Source: Lacipirellulaceae bacterium (lineage in GTDB: Bacteria; Planctomycetota; Planctomycetia; Pirellulales; Lacipirellulaceae). From it: a stretch of DNA of 64,000 nucleotides. Shown in pieces: positions 21,207-31,205 of this stretch. The notes under the pieces are model-generated. The model was not told the DNA's origin. It was given only the letters and a program-made list of their open reading frames with translations, and did no database searches. Location of the stretch: positions 134,588 through 198,587 of the forward strand of contig CBDFMC010000024.1 of NCBI GenBank assembly GCA_965249435.1, given 5' to 3'. The position numbers and the translations under genes were made by a program. Within the stretch, counting starts at the first letter, position 1; every line of letters starts with the position of its first letter.

Positions 21207-22412
21207 ATGAAATACGCAATCATCATCCCTGACGGCGCAGCCGACGAGCCGCAGGACGAGCTCGACGGACGCACCCCGCTCGAAGCCGCCCACACCCCGG
21301 CGATGGATGCTTTAGCATCCAGGGGCGTAGTCGCCCGCGCATGCCACACCCCATCCAATCTCCCCGCCGGGTCGGAAGTGGGCAACATGAGCCTGCTAGG
21401 CTACAACCCGCAAACTAATTTCACCGGTCGGGCCCCGATCGAAGCAGCCGCCCAAGGCATTCAGCTTGCCCCCGAAGATTGGGCCATCCGTTGCAATTTG
21501 GTCACCATCGAAGACCAAACGATGCGCGATTTCACTGCGGGCCATATCTCGACCGAGGAAGCGACCGAGCTACTGGCCACCGCTCAAGAGGAATTGGGCG
21601 GCGACGGGCTAGAGTTCATTCCCGGAGTCAGCTATCGCAATCTGCTCCTCTGGCGCGGTGCCGAGCGGCCCGCTCCGTTCTCGATGGACATGCGAGCCAC
21701 CCCGCCGCACGATCTAACGGACAAATCGGTACTCAACGATTACCCCCGTGGCCCAGGTAGCGATGTGCTCAACGAACTGATGTCTGCCACGGCTTGCCTC
21801 TTCGCCGACCACCCCGTCAACAAAAAGCGAATCGCCGCAGGCCGTCTGCCGGCAACCAACGTATGGCTGTGGGGAATCGGCCGAGCACCGAAGCTGCAAC
21901 CCTTTGCCGAGGCCTATGGCCCGCAGGGGGCGATGCTAACCGCGGTCGATTTGCTGCGCGGCCTGGCGTCGCTCGTCGGCTGGCAGCGGATCGAAGTGCC
22001 CGGAGCCACGGGTTACACCGATACCGACTACGCTGCGAAGGGCCAGGTTGCAATCGACGCCCTGAACAAGCATGACTTGGTTTGTGTCCATATCGAGGCC
22101 CCCGACGAAGCCTCGCACGAAGGCGACTGCGCCGCAAAGGTGAAAGCCATCGAGGAGATCGACCGACACGTCGTCGCCCCGCTCGCCGAAGCGCTTCAGC
22201 GAACGGCGGAATGGCGTCTAATGATTTCCCCCGACCATCCAACCTTCCTCAAAACGAAAACCCACACCCATGGCAATGTCCCCGTTGCCATGGCAGGCAC
22301 TGGCATCGAACCGGACCAGTTCCAATCTTACGGCGACACCAATGCCGAAAAGTCGTCGCTTGCTTTCGACGAAGGCTGGCGAGTGATGGGCTGGTTTATT
22401 GGAAAAGATTGA
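21207..22412 (+). CDS. Cofactor-independent phosphoglycerate mutase homolog (archaeal apgM type) in a threonine-operon context; 'proposed homoserine kinase' family
   Basis: The N-terminus MKYAIIIPDGAADEP...GRTPLEAAHTPAMDALA is typical of apgM / metalloenzyme-superfamily proteins. The gene lies between hom and aspartokinase. Confidence 0.65.
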   Translation: MKYAIIIPDGAADEPQDELDGRTPLEAAHTPAMDALASRGVVARACHTPSNLPAGSEVGNMSLLGYNPQTNFTGRAPIEAAAQGIQLAPEDWAIRCNLVTIEDQTMRDFTAGHISTEEATELLATAQEELGGDGLEFIPGVSYRNLLLWRGAERPAPFSMDMRATPPHDLTDKSVLNDYPRGPGSDVLNELMSATACLFADHPVNKKRIAAGRLPATNVWLWGIGRAPKLQPFAEAYGPQGAMLTAVDLLRGLASLVGWQRIEVPGATGYTDTDYAAKGQVAIDALNKHDLVCVHIEAPDEASHEGDCAAKVKAIEEIDRHVVAPLAEALQRTAEWRLMISPDHPTFLKTKTHTHGNVPVAMAGTGIEPDQFQSYGDTNAEKSSLAFDEGWRVMGWFIGKD

Positions 22413-22606
22413 ACCACGGAGAAAGCAGAGGTACACGGAGTAAATTATTGGATTGAACTATGGCTGGCAAACAATCAAGTGCAAGCCAACCAAGAATCGA
22501 CTTATCGCCTGAGAATACATTTCCACATTTTACACAACCTCTGTGAACCTCTGCTTCCTCCGTGGTTCAATATTTTCGTAGAAACATAAACAAACTTGAT
22601 TTTGCA

Positions 22607-24400
22607 ATGAGCCTGATTGTTCAAAAATTCGGCGGTACGAGCGTCGCCGATACCGAAAAGATTCTGGCCGCCGCCCGCATGGCGATCCGTGCCCAGCACG
22701 AGGGCCATCAGGTGGTGATGGTTGTCAGTGCGATGGGCAAAAATACCGATATGCTCGTGGGCATGGCTGCCGAAATAACAGATGCTCCCTCGGACCGCGA
22801 GATGGATATGCTCCTCTCCACCGGCGAGCAGGTCAGCGTCGCGCTGATGGCCATGGCCATTCATGCCCTGGGAGCCAAGGCGGTGAGTCTTACCGGTGGG
22901 CAGATCGGAATCCGTACCGATAGTTCGCACACCCGCGCTCGAATCCAATCGATCTCGACCGACCGTGTTCAGCGCCTGCTCGACGAGGGCAACATCGTCA
23001 TCGCGGCCGGTTTTCAGGGCATCGACGAGGACCACAACATCACCACCCTCGGTCGAGGCGGCAGCGATACCACGGCCGTCGCCCTAGCTGCGGTGCTGGG
23101 TGCCGATGCGTGCGAAATCTACACCGACGTCGACGGCGTCTTCACCACCGATCCGCGGCTACTGGCCGACGCACGTAAAATGGATCAGGTAAGCCACGAC
23201 GAAATGCTGGAACTCGCAAGCCTGGGAGCAGGCGTGATGCACAGCCGATCAATCGAGTTCGGCAAAAAGTTCAACATGCCAATCCATGTCCGCAACAGCG
23301 GCGTCTTCACCAACGAGCCGGGCACCATCATCGGCCCCATGGGCGAGAGTGCCGACCGTGCGGTAAGCGGCGCGGCGCTCACTCAGCAGGAGGCACGCAT
23401 CTCGATTGCAGGCGTTCCCGACCATCCCGGCATCATGCACGACATCTTTTCCAAACTGGCAGAGCAGGAAGTCACGGTGGATATGATTGTGCAAAACGTC
23501 GGTGCTGCGGGCCGGGCCGATATCTCGTTTACCGTGTTGGCGGACGATTTGGAACGGTCGCTTCACACCGTCGAGCTAGTGGCCAAAGAACTCGGCGCGA
23601 GCAAAGTTTCTCACGATAACAACGTCTCGAAAGTCTCGATTGTCGGCTTCGGCATGGCAACCCAGACGGGCATCGCCGACCGTATGTTTCGCGCTCTGGC
23701 TTCGGAAGAGATCAATATCGAGGCGATTACAACCAGCCAGATTAAAATTTCGGTCCTTGTCGAACGAGATCGAGCGCTCGACGCCTTGCGTGCCGTGCAC
23801 CAGGAGTTTGAATTAGAAAAGCCGCCTGCCGCACGCACCTCTTTTGGCGACGAGCTATGCAGAAAGAAGCTGCCTGCAACGAAGGATACTATCGATGCGG
23901 TTGACGTCGTCTCTCGATTGCAGCACATGGAAGAACTGGCCATCGAGAGTGTCACCCGCGACGATTCACAGGGCCGGGTGACGCTCGATCAGATTTCCGA
24001 CCAGCCTGGTATTTCAGCCCAGGTTTTTGAAGCGATTGCGGCAGGCGGAATCTTGGCGGACATGATTGTTCAAAGCGTCGGTGAAGATGGCCATGCCAGC
24101 CTGAGTGTTACCGTGCCCCGACCCGACGTCGAGAAAACGGTCGCATTGCTCAGCAAATTAGCCAGCAAGATTGGTGGGCAAGTTTCGTCCGAGGCGGCCA
24201 TTGCCATCTTGACGGTGACCGGTATCGGCGTCCGCAGCCACACGGGCGTCGCGATTCGCATGTTTCGGGCTTTATCCGACGCGGGCATCAATATCGACAT
24301 GATCAACACGAGTGAAGTCCGCGTGAATGCAGTCGTCGCCGCCAAAAAAACCGAGCCCGCCCTGGCAGCGTTGCAGCAGGCGTTCGCCGACGTGATGTAG
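22607..24400 (+). CDS. lysC: Aspartate kinase, long form with duplicated C-terminal ACT regulatory domains
   Basis: MSLIVQKFGGTSV...VVSAMGKNTD is the aspartokinase signature. About 597 aa, with two further ACT-like pairs at the C-terminus, as in cyanobacterial-type enzymes. The start is taken at MSLIVQKFGG rather than at the upstream ORF start. Confidence 0.85.
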   Translation: MSLIVQKFGGTSVADTEKILAAARMAIRAQHEGHQVVMVVSAMGKNTDMLVGMAAEITDAPSDREMDMLLSTGEQVSVALMAMAIHALGAKAVSLTGGQIGIRTDSSHTRARIQSISTDRVQRLLDEGNIVIAAGFQGIDEDHNITTLGRGGSDTTAVALAAVLGADACEIYTDVDGVFTTDPRLLADARKMDQVSHDEMLELASLGAGVMHSRSIEFGKKFNMPIHVRNSGVFTNEPGTIIGPMGESADRAVSGAALTQQEARISIAGVPDHPGIMHDIFSKLAEQEVTVDMIVQNVGAAGRADISFTVLADDLERSLHTVELVAKELGASKVSHDNNVSKVSIVGFGMATQTGIADRMFRALASEEINIEAITTSQIKISVLVERDRALDALRAVHQEFELEKPPAARTSFGDELCRKKLPATKDTIDAVDVVSRLQHMEELAIESVTRDDSQGRVTLDQISDQPGISAQVFEAIAAGGILADMIVQSVGEDGHASLSVTVPRPDVEKTVALLSKLASKIGGQVSSEAAIAILTVTGIGVRSHTGVAIRMFRALSDAGINIDMINTSEVRVNAVVAAKKTEPALAALQQAFADVM

Positions 24401-24445
24401 TAGGCGCGAGTTGTTGGTTTGCCACAAGCTAACTCGCGCCTACTA
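24397..24445. terminator. Bidirectional hairpin terminator between the convergent lysC and bifunctional-nuclease genes
   Basis: GTAGTAGGCGCGAGTT (24397-24412) pairs with AACTCGCGCCTACTAC (24430-24445): a 16 bp perfect stem with a 17 nt loop. It is not part of any other repeat family. Confidence 0.6.
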
Positions 24446-24850
24446 CAACACATCCGTAAGCACATCCTCCGAAACATAAATCGGCAATTGCGGATCGCAA
24501 CTAACCGCCACGGCAATTGCGTCGCTAGGTCGGGCATCGATTTCGATCAGCTCGCCCTCATGCCGGACTCGCAAGACAGCAAAGTAAGTGTGCTCGCGCA
24601 GTTCGCTGATGACCACATCCTGAAAGTCGCCGCCCAGTAATTCCACCGCATTGACCAACAAATCGTGCGTCAATGGCCGCGGGGTTTCGATCTCTTTCAC
24701 CCGGCGGTCGATGCTTGTCGCTTCGAAAATGCCGATGAGGATCGGAAACGTACGCTCGCCGTCGATTTCTTTCAGGCAGATGACTTGCTCATTGTTAATC
24801 TCGCTGATAATAATCCGCGATAATTCCATGGCAACGGGCATGGCTGGCAC
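24443..24850 (-). CDS. Bifunctional nuclease (BFN / DUF151) family protein
   Basis: 135 aa with the conserved ...IDARPSDAIAVAV... motif typical of DUF151. Confidence 0.65.
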   Translation of the reverse strand: MPAMPVAMELSRIIISEINNEQVICLKEIDGERTFPILIGIFEATSIDRRVKEIETPRPLTHDLLVNAVELLGGDFQDVVISELREHTYFAVLRVRHEGELIEIDARPSDAIAVAVSCDPQLPIYVSEDVLTDVL

Positions 24851-24908
24851 CTTTCAAACAGAGCGAACGGTTGAGGCCGTCAGAACGTCCACGAACAGCT
24901 TCTTGGCA

Positions 24909-25211
24909 TCATGCTGCATAGACAACCTCTTTGTCTTCGTTGATACGACTGGCGAGCACTGGGTTTTGGACAGAGGAATGTTCCACAAGGTCGACATTCT
25001 TGCCAAGAATTTCCTCCAATGCCGATCGCAAAACCAGGAACCGATCGAAAAGACCTGGTCGAAGCGGGTCGTTGAACTCGACAATAAAATCCACGTCACT
25101 CTCCGAAGTATGGTCTTCGCGAGCCCAAGAGCCGAACATCTCCAAGCGTTTAGCGTCGTTCGCCTGGCAGACAGCGGAGATGTCTGATAAATGCTTTGAT
25201 AATTGAATCAT
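24909..25211 (-). CDS. Nucleotidyltransferase-domain protein (MntA-like; polymerase-beta superfamily)
   Basis: GS...[D/E]h[D/E]h pattern: FGSWAREDHTSESDVDFIVEF. 100 aa. No adjacent HepT/DUF86 partner was found. Confidence 0.65.
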   Translation of the reverse strand: MIQLSKHLSDISAVCQANDAKRLEMFGSWAREDHTSESDVDFIVEFNDPLRPGLFDRFLVLRSALEEILGKNVDLVEHSSVQNPVLASRINEDKEVVYAA

Positions 25212-25318
25212 CGGAATCGATTATGCAGGTAAAGTTTTCAATTTTCCTTGTCCGATGTATTCTACCATAGAAACATGCCCATGTGCTAAGCCAACCATCA
25301 ATCATGAGGGAAAGCAGC

Positions 25319-28300
25319 TTAACCCGTGCCCCCCAGCTTTTCCAATGCCGCCTGGACGGACGCCAGTTGTTCTTGCACCTCGGCCAGCTTGTCGCGTTGC
25401 TGCTGGACCACCTCGGCCGGGGCGCGGCTGACGAAATTTTCGTTGGCCAGCTTGTTCTGGACCGACTTGGCGAATTTGGTGAGCTTTTCTTGCTCGGCGG
25501 CGAGTCGCTTACGCTCGGCCTCGGCGTCGAAGAACTCGCTGATGCTGACGTGGACGGCCATGCCTTCAATTACCTCGCTTACCGTCTGTGGGGAACTTGC
25601 AACGGTGCCGCCTGCGTCTTGCAGGTTTGCACGAGCGATTGATTTGAAATACGGCTTCATCTTTTGGAGGAGCATAGCCGTGGTTTTGTCGCAACCGACA
25701 CTGAAGTACACTTCATTTCGCGGCGGGATGTTCTGCTGGGTGCGGATATTTCGCACGGCACCCAGCACGGCCTGAAATTTGGCAAACTGCTCTTCGATTT
25801 CTTTGTCGCTATGCGCGGGATTCGCTTCAGGCCAAGCGGCAATACAAACACTCTCCGCGGCGCGGTCGTGCTTCAGCACGCCGCGCTCCGGCGCCACCGT
25901 CCCCAAAAGCTGCCAAACTTCCTCCGTCAAAAACGGAATCATCGGATGGAGCAGTCGCAGCAGCGTATCGAGTGCATGGGCCAGCACGCGCTGCACGGTC
26001 TCCCGCTGCCTCTCGACGCCAAACCGAGCCTTAGTCATCTCAATATAAAAACTACAAAACTCATCCCAGGCAAAATCGTACAGCGTTCGAGCGGCATCCG
26101 CATAGCGAAAATGCTCCAGCGCCTCGGTCACCTGTCCCGTGACGGTCGACAGCCGCGACAGCAGCCAACGGTCCTCAAGCATGAGATCGTCCTCGGCGAC
26201 CGACCCCGGCTCGTACCCTTCCAGATTCATCAGCACAAACCGCGAGGCATTCCACAGCTTGTTGCAAAAATTGCGGCCCAGCTCGAACCGTTCGCTCACC
26301 GCCGCCCCGCGTGGCAGGGCCTTGTCTTCGGCGCTCTCGGCCCACTGGGTGCTAAACGGCTTGCCGCACTTCGTACACTCGACCCGCGGCAGCGTGCGGT
26401 TTTTTTTCGTCTGTTTAATCAGTGCATCGCAATGCGGGCATTCAAACTCGACCGGCAGCCGCACATCCTGCGTCTCGGTCGTCAGATGGGCAATCCCGAA
26501 CCGCAGCGCATCGGCCCCGAACTTGTCGATCACATCGAGCGGATCGACGCCGTTTCCTTTTGACTTCGACATCGTTTCGCCGTAGCCGTCGAGGATTTTC
26601 GGATGGATGTAAACCCGCGAAAACGGCACTTCATCCATGTTATACAGTCCGCTGAGCACCATCCGAGCCACCCACAGCGTGATGATGTCGCGCGAGGTAA
26701 TCAGCACATCGGTGGGGTAGAATTTTTCTAACTCGGGCGTTTTCTCCGGCCAACCGAGCGTTGAGTGCGGCCAGAGGGCGCTCGAGAACCAAGTGTCGAG
26801 GACATCGACCTCATGGTACATGATTTGGAATAGTTCACGGAGCTGTCGCGCACTCTCTTCAGCTGCTTTTGAGATATTAAGCGAACCAGCTTCTTTATTT
26901 CCTTTAAGTTCAGCACAAAGGTCTGTCTCTCCAGGTTCTTGTGCGTTGCAGACCTTCATGAGGGCGGTTAAAGCAAGTTCCGCTCGCTTTGAGTTGTGGC
27001 AGACAAACCACTGCTCATTACTAACCTTTTGAAGACAGACTTCGCCTCGTATGCCGAGGTGTAAGAAAAAATTTCCAAACTCATCAAAGTGTTTGTTTGG
27101 ATAACCAAGCCAGTCTTCGGTTGAGGGAATCCATTCCCAAACCGGAATCCGATGCCCCCACCATAGCTGCCGGCCAATCGGCCAGTCGCGCTTTTCGCTG
27201 AGCCAATCGTGGTAGCCTTTGGCGTAGCGCTCGGGCGTGATCTTCACGCGGCCGTCACTCACCGCATCCATTGCCGTTTGGGCCAGCTCGTCCATCCTGA
27301 CGAACCACTGGTCGGCTAGGTACGGCTCGATCGGTGTTTTGCTCCGGTCGCTGTGGGCAAGGTCGATTTCGCGGTCTTCGATTTCCACCAGCAGTCCGGC
27401 AGCTTCCATGTCGTCGACGATAACCTTCCGGGCCTTTTTCATCGTCAGACCGCGATACTTTTCCGGCACACTGTCGTTGAGCGTGCCATCGGTGTTGAGG
27501 ATGTTGATTGCGCCGATTTCAAGTCCTTCTCCAGAAATGCTGCGCTGCCAGACTTCGTAATCGTTCGCGTCGTGGGCGGGGGTGATTTTCACGCAGCCGG
27601 AGCCTAGTTCCGGCTTCGCCCACTGGTCGACGATTAGCGGGATGGTGCGGTCGGTCCACGGCAGTTGAAGCCGCACTCCCCGGACGGCCATGTCGCGGAG
27701 CTGCGTCAGCTCCGGCAGCTTGCTGCTTAGCCGCTCGGTTACCGATTCCAGCGAAGACGCAAGCGACGGTTTTTCCTTATCCGATGCGGCAGCGAGCTTT
27801 GCTTTGAGGTCCGCTTGCGTCTTCGCCAGCGCCGCCGCCGGGTCGGGATGCACCGCCACAGCCGTGTCGCCGAGCATTGTCTCGGGCCGCGTCGTAGCGA
27901 AGGTGACATGCGTCGGCTCGCCCGGCTGAGGCCCCTTTCCATCAACATCAATGACCCGATACTTAAAATGCCAAAAATGGCCCTGCACCGGTTCGTGGAA
28001 CACCTCGTCATCGCTCACAGCCGTCTGCAGGAATGTGTCCCAATTCACGAGTCGTTTGCCGCGGTAAATTTTCCCGTCCTGAAACAACTTGAAAAACGTC
28101 TCGCGTACCGCCTTCGCACAGACCGGGTCGAGCGTAAACCGCAGCCGCTCCCAATCGCAGCTAAAACCCATCTGCTTCAGTTGCCCGAGAATGCGCGTCT
28201 CGTACTGCTCTTTCCATTCCCAGATGCGCTCGACCAGTTTTTCCCGGCCCAGGTCGTGCCGCGACAGCTTTTCTTCTTCCAAGAGCCGCCGCTCGACTAC

Positions 28301-28597
28301 CGCCTGCGTGGCGATGCCCGCATGGTCGGTACCCGGCATCCAAAGCACATTGAACCCCTGCATCCGCTTCATCCGCACAAGGATATCTTGCAGCGTGTTA
28401 TTCAGCGCATGGCCCAGGTGGAGCGCCCCGGTGACATTCGGCGGCGGAATGGCAATGGTAAACGGCGGGCGATCGTCATTCACATCAGCATGAAAATAGC
28501 CCTTCTTTTCCCAGTAGGGATACCATTTCCGCTGCGCAGCCGCGTGGTCGTATTGAGATGGAAGGTCTTTTATGTTGGGCACGGTTTCAGTAAGCAT
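25319..28597 (-). CDS. valS: Valyl-tRNA synthetase
   Basis: PPNVTGALHLGHALN (HIGH region) and MSKSKGNGVDP (KMSKS). The ORF runs to 28672, but the start is placed at MLTETVPN (28595-28597) to avoid overlapping the upstream gene. About 1092 aa. Confidence 0.9.
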   Translation of the reverse strand: MLTETVPNIKDLPSQYDHAAAQRKWYPYWEKKGYFHADVNDDRPPFTIAIPPPNVTGALHLGHALNNTLQDILVRMKRMQGFNVLWMPGTDHAGIATQAVVERRLLEEEKLSRHDLGREKLVERIWEWKEQYETRILGQLKQMGFSCDWERLRFTLDPVCAKAVRETFFKLFQDGKIYRGKRLVNWDTFLQTAVSDDEVFHEPVQGHFWHFKYRVIDVDGKGPQPGEPTHVTFATTRPETMLGDTAVAVHPDPAAALAKTQADLKAKLAAASDKEKPSLASSLESVTERLSSKLPELTQLRDMAVRGVRLQLPWTDRTIPLIVDQWAKPELGSGCVKITPAHDANDYEVWQRSISGEGLEIGAINILNTDGTLNDSVPEKYRGLTMKKARKVIVDDMEAAGLLVEIEDREIDLAHSDRSKTPIEPYLADQWFVRMDELAQTAMDAVSDGRVKITPERYAKGYHDWLSEKRDWPIGRQLWWGHRIPVWEWIPSTEDWLGYPNKHFDEFGNFFLHLGIRGEVCLQKVSNEQWFVCHNSKRAELALTALMKVCNAQEPGETDLCAELKGNKEAGSLNISKAAEESARQLRELFQIMYHEVDVLDTWFSSALWPHSTLGWPEKTPELEKFYPTDVLITSRDIITLWVARMVLSGLYNMDEVPFSRVYIHPKILDGYGETMSKSKGNGVDPLDVIDKFGADALRFGIAHLTTETQDVRLPVEFECPHCDALIKQTKKNRTLPRVECTKCGKPFSTQWAESAEDKALPRGAAVSERFELGRNFCNKLWNASRFVLMNLEGYEPGSVAEDDLMLEDRWLLSRLSTVTGQVTEALEHFRYADAARTLYDFAWDEFCSFYIEMTKARFGVERQRETVQRVLAHALDTLLRLLHPMIPFLTEEVWQLLGTVAPERGVLKHDRAAESVCIAAWPEANPAHSDKEIEEQFAKFQAVLGAVRNIRTQQNIPPRNEVYFSVGCDKTTAMLLQKMKPYFKSIARANLQDAGGTVASSPQTVSEVIEGMAVHVSISEFFDAEAERKRLAAEQEKLTKFAKSVQNKLANENFVSRAPAEVVQQQRDKLAEVQEQLASVQAALEKLGGTG

Positions 28598-28634
28598 TGT
28601 TTGTTCGAGATGGAAATTGTAACGGAAAAACGAT

Positions 28635-29039
28635 TTACCTTGGAGGCCTGGGGGCATCCTCTTCGCCTGCATGATCGCGTGGGATGATCGGCAAACGCCG
28701 TAGTCGAACCCTATGTTCGGTCACAGTGACAGCGGCACCGGCGAGAAGATCGTTTGTGTCGAGTAATTGCCGAATGATTCGTGCTACCGATTCACCTTTT
28801 AAGCCTTCGATGCGAATGCGAATAACTGATGGCATCGACGCATTCGATACGGCGAGCAACGCATGAAAGTCGGAATCGAGTGTAACCACCACGTCACCAC
28901 GAGCACATCCTTGCTCAAGGATCGTTTTGTCACTCGCAGCTTCCAGCCCTAAGGCGCCCACATGCTCCGATTCGATACCCATGTTTTTCAGATGCTGAGC
29001 CGCTGATCGTGGCAAACCCTGGTCAAGCAAGAATTTCAT
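28635..29039 (-). CDS. DUF5615-family PIN-like protein (toxin-like partner of DUF433)
   Basis: MKFLLDQGLP...GDVVVTLDSDF matches the DUF5615 consensus. It overlaps the DUF433 gene by 4 bp. Confidence 0.6.
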   Translation of the reverse strand: MKFLLDQGLPRSAAQHLKNMGIESEHVGALGLEAASDKTILEQGCARGDVVVTLDSDFHALLAVSNASMPSVIRIRIEGLKGESVARIIRQLLDTNDLLAGAAVTVTEHRVRLRRLPIIPRDHAGEEDAPRPPR

Positions 29040-29272
29040 GGCGTTTCATGAAGCTCCAGCACCTGATCGTCAAGGTTGGCAGCAGCATAGGCCAGGGCTT
29101 GGCGAATATCTTCCTCTTCTAGCTCAGGATACTCGGCAAATAGTTCATCTCGTTTGGGATGCGTTGCGATTGCTTCGAGTACCCGATGTACCGTCAATCG
29201 CATTCCTCGGATGCATGCCTGACCGTTCATCACGGCAGGATCGCACGTAATTCTGTCGATGGATGTGCTCAT
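29036..29272 (-). CDS. DUF433-family protein (antitoxin-like)
   Basis: ITCDPAVMNGQACIRGMRLTVHRVLEAIA...YPELEEEDIRQALAYA matches the DUF433 consensus. 78 aa. Confidence 0.65.
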   Translation of the reverse strand: MSTSIDRITCDPAVMNGQACIRGMRLTVHRVLEAIATHPKRDELFAEYPELEEEDIRQALAYAAANLDDQVLELHETP

Positions 29273-29406
29273 CGGTTATGCCTAGAGAAACGATTATGGG
29301 TTGCTGTGAGGCAGAATATGGTCCCTTTGTATTGTACTTTTTGCTGGTAATGAAGCAAGGCGAAGTGATTGCTGAGGGCATCCCCCTTGGCCCGCGGCGC
29401 TAACGA

Positions 29407-30984
29407 TTATGCCTCATCCTTGCAAAGTTTGTACTCGATGCTGTCGACCAGTGCATTCCAACTCGCTTGGATGATGTTTTCATGGACGCCGACGGTACCC
29501 CAAACGTCGTGCTCGTCGCGGCTTTCGATCACGACGCGGACGCTTGCCGCGGTGGCGGCGTCGCTGTTGATCACGCGCACCTTGTAATCGACCAGATGCA
29601 TTTGGTTTAAGCTCGGAAAATGCCCGTTCAACGCCTTACGCAGCGCCGCGTCTAGCGCGTTGACCGGGCCGTCGCCCTCGGCCACCTCGTGGCGGATTCT
29701 GTCGCCGACGCGCAGCTTGATCGTTGCCTCGGTCGTGTTGATGCCGTCGGCGCCGGTCTCGACGTTCACATGGTAGCTCAATAGCTCGAAGTGCGGCGTG
29801 AAGGTGCCGGCTGACCGTTTTACGAGCAGGTCGAACGAAGCCTCGGCCGCCTCGAATTGGTAGCCTTGGTTTTCCAACGCGACCACCTCGCTGAGCACCC
29901 GATCCATCAACTCGCGGTCATGCTCCATGTTCAGCTTCGTGGTCAGGGCGATGACGTTCGACCGGCCGGAAAGTTCGCTGACCAGCACGCGGCGGGTGTT
30001 GCCAACCAGCGCCGGGTCGATGTGCTCGTAACTGCTCGTCTGTTTGGCTACCGCATGGACATGCATGCCCCCTTTGTGGGCAAATGCGCTGGGACCTACA
30101 AAGGGTTGACTATTGCGAAAATGCATGTTGCCGATTTCGTAAACATAGCGGGCCAACTCAGTAAGGTGTTCGACTGAATTGGTAGCGGAAGAACTGCCGC
30201 CCAGGACTTCATAGCCCCCTTTCTTCAGGGCCAGATTTGCCGCGACCGAAATAAGGTCGGCATTGCCACACCGCTCGCCGAGACCGTTGATCGTGCCTTG
30301 CACCTGCACGGCGCCGGCATCGACCGCCGCCAATGAATTGGCCACCGCCAAATCGCAATCGTTGTGTGTGTGGATACCTAGTGGCACGTCGACCTTGGCA
30401 ACGGTATCCTTGGTGATCGCGGCGATTTCCTCGGGCAGGCTGCCGCCGTTAGTGTCGCACATGACAACGATGGAAGCGCCACCCTCGACCGCTGCTTGGA
30501 TGGTTTTCGCCGCATACTCGGGATTAGCCTTCCAACCATCGAAAAAATGCTCCGCATCGTAAATCACCTCGCGGCCCATGTCGCACAAATGTGCCACCGT
30601 TTCGCGGATCATCGCCAGGTTTTCTTCCAGCGAAACGCCCAACACCTCGCGCACATGGAACTCGGACGTTTTGCCGACGATCGTGATAACTGGTGCTTGT
30701 GAATCGACCAGTGCCTTCATGCCCGGGTCGTCGGCCGGCTGCAACCCGCGGCGTCGGGTCATTCCAAACGCACAAACTTTGGCATGTTTCAACGGCTTCT
30801 CGACCAATCGCTGAAAGAACTCGGCATCCTTGGGATTGCTGAGCGGATAGCCACCCTCGACGAAATCGAACCCCAGTTCGTCCAACCGCCGTGCGATGAG
30901 CAGCTTGTCTTCCAGCGAAAAGTTCACCCCTTCACCTTGGGCACCGTCGCGGAGCGTCGTATCGTAGATTTGAATCGATGGCAT
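29407..30984 (-). CDS. 2-isopropylmalate synthase / (R)-citramalate synthase family (LeuA/CimA)
   Basis: The N-terminus IYDTTLRDGAQGEGVNFSLEDKL and the H.HND region are present, plus a C-terminal LeuA dimerisation/regulatory domain. 525 aa, which is closer to citramalate synthase in length. Confidence 0.8.
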   Translation of the reverse strand: MPSIQIYDTTLRDGAQGEGVNFSLEDKLLIARRLDELGFDFVEGGYPLSNPKDAEFFQRLVEKPLKHAKVCAFGMTRRRGLQPADDPGMKALVDSQAPVITIVGKTSEFHVREVLGVSLEENLAMIRETVAHLCDMGREVIYDAEHFFDGWKANPEYAAKTIQAAVEGGASIVVMCDTNGGSLPEEIAAITKDTVAKVDVPLGIHTHNDCDLAVANSLAAVDAGAVQVQGTINGLGERCGNADLISVAANLALKKGGYEVLGGSSSATNSVEHLTELARYVYEIGNMHFRNSQPFVGPSAFAHKGGMHVHAVAKQTSSYEHIDPALVGNTRRVLVSELSGRSNVIALTTKLNMEHDRELMDRVLSEVVALENQGYQFEAAEASFDLLVKRSAGTFTPHFELLSYHVNVETGADGINTTEATIKLRVGDRIRHEVAEGDGPVNALDAALRKALNGHFPSLNQMHLVDYKVRVINSDAATAASVRVVIESRDEHDVWGTVGVHENIIQASWNALVDSIEYKLCKDEA

Positions 30985-31205
30985 GGTGGTTGCTGGTGGT
31001 TGCGAGCCGGGTCGTCCCCGACCCCGGTGCTATCCCAACAAAAATAAGGGACAACCGCCTGCAAAACAAGGTTCACAAGCCAAGATTCGATCACCGACAG
31101 CGAATAAGCGGGTGGAATTGACCGCCGGGGCACTACCCGTTGGCCTCTCCGTAAGCTAGGTTCAAGGAGAGAGTTTCACCGCAATAATTTTAGGAGGACA
31201 ACGCA

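Noticed and set aside
24851-24908. Expected HepT/DUF86 partner for the MntA-like nucleotidyltransferase
   Set aside because: No ORF of suitable size or frame exists on either side. The nucleotidyltransferase appears to be solo, so no TA pair is called here.
25664-28687. Several long plus-strand ORFs (25664-26563, 27815-28687 and others)
   Set aside because: They are antisense shadow ORFs of valS (HIGH/KMSKS on the minus strand).
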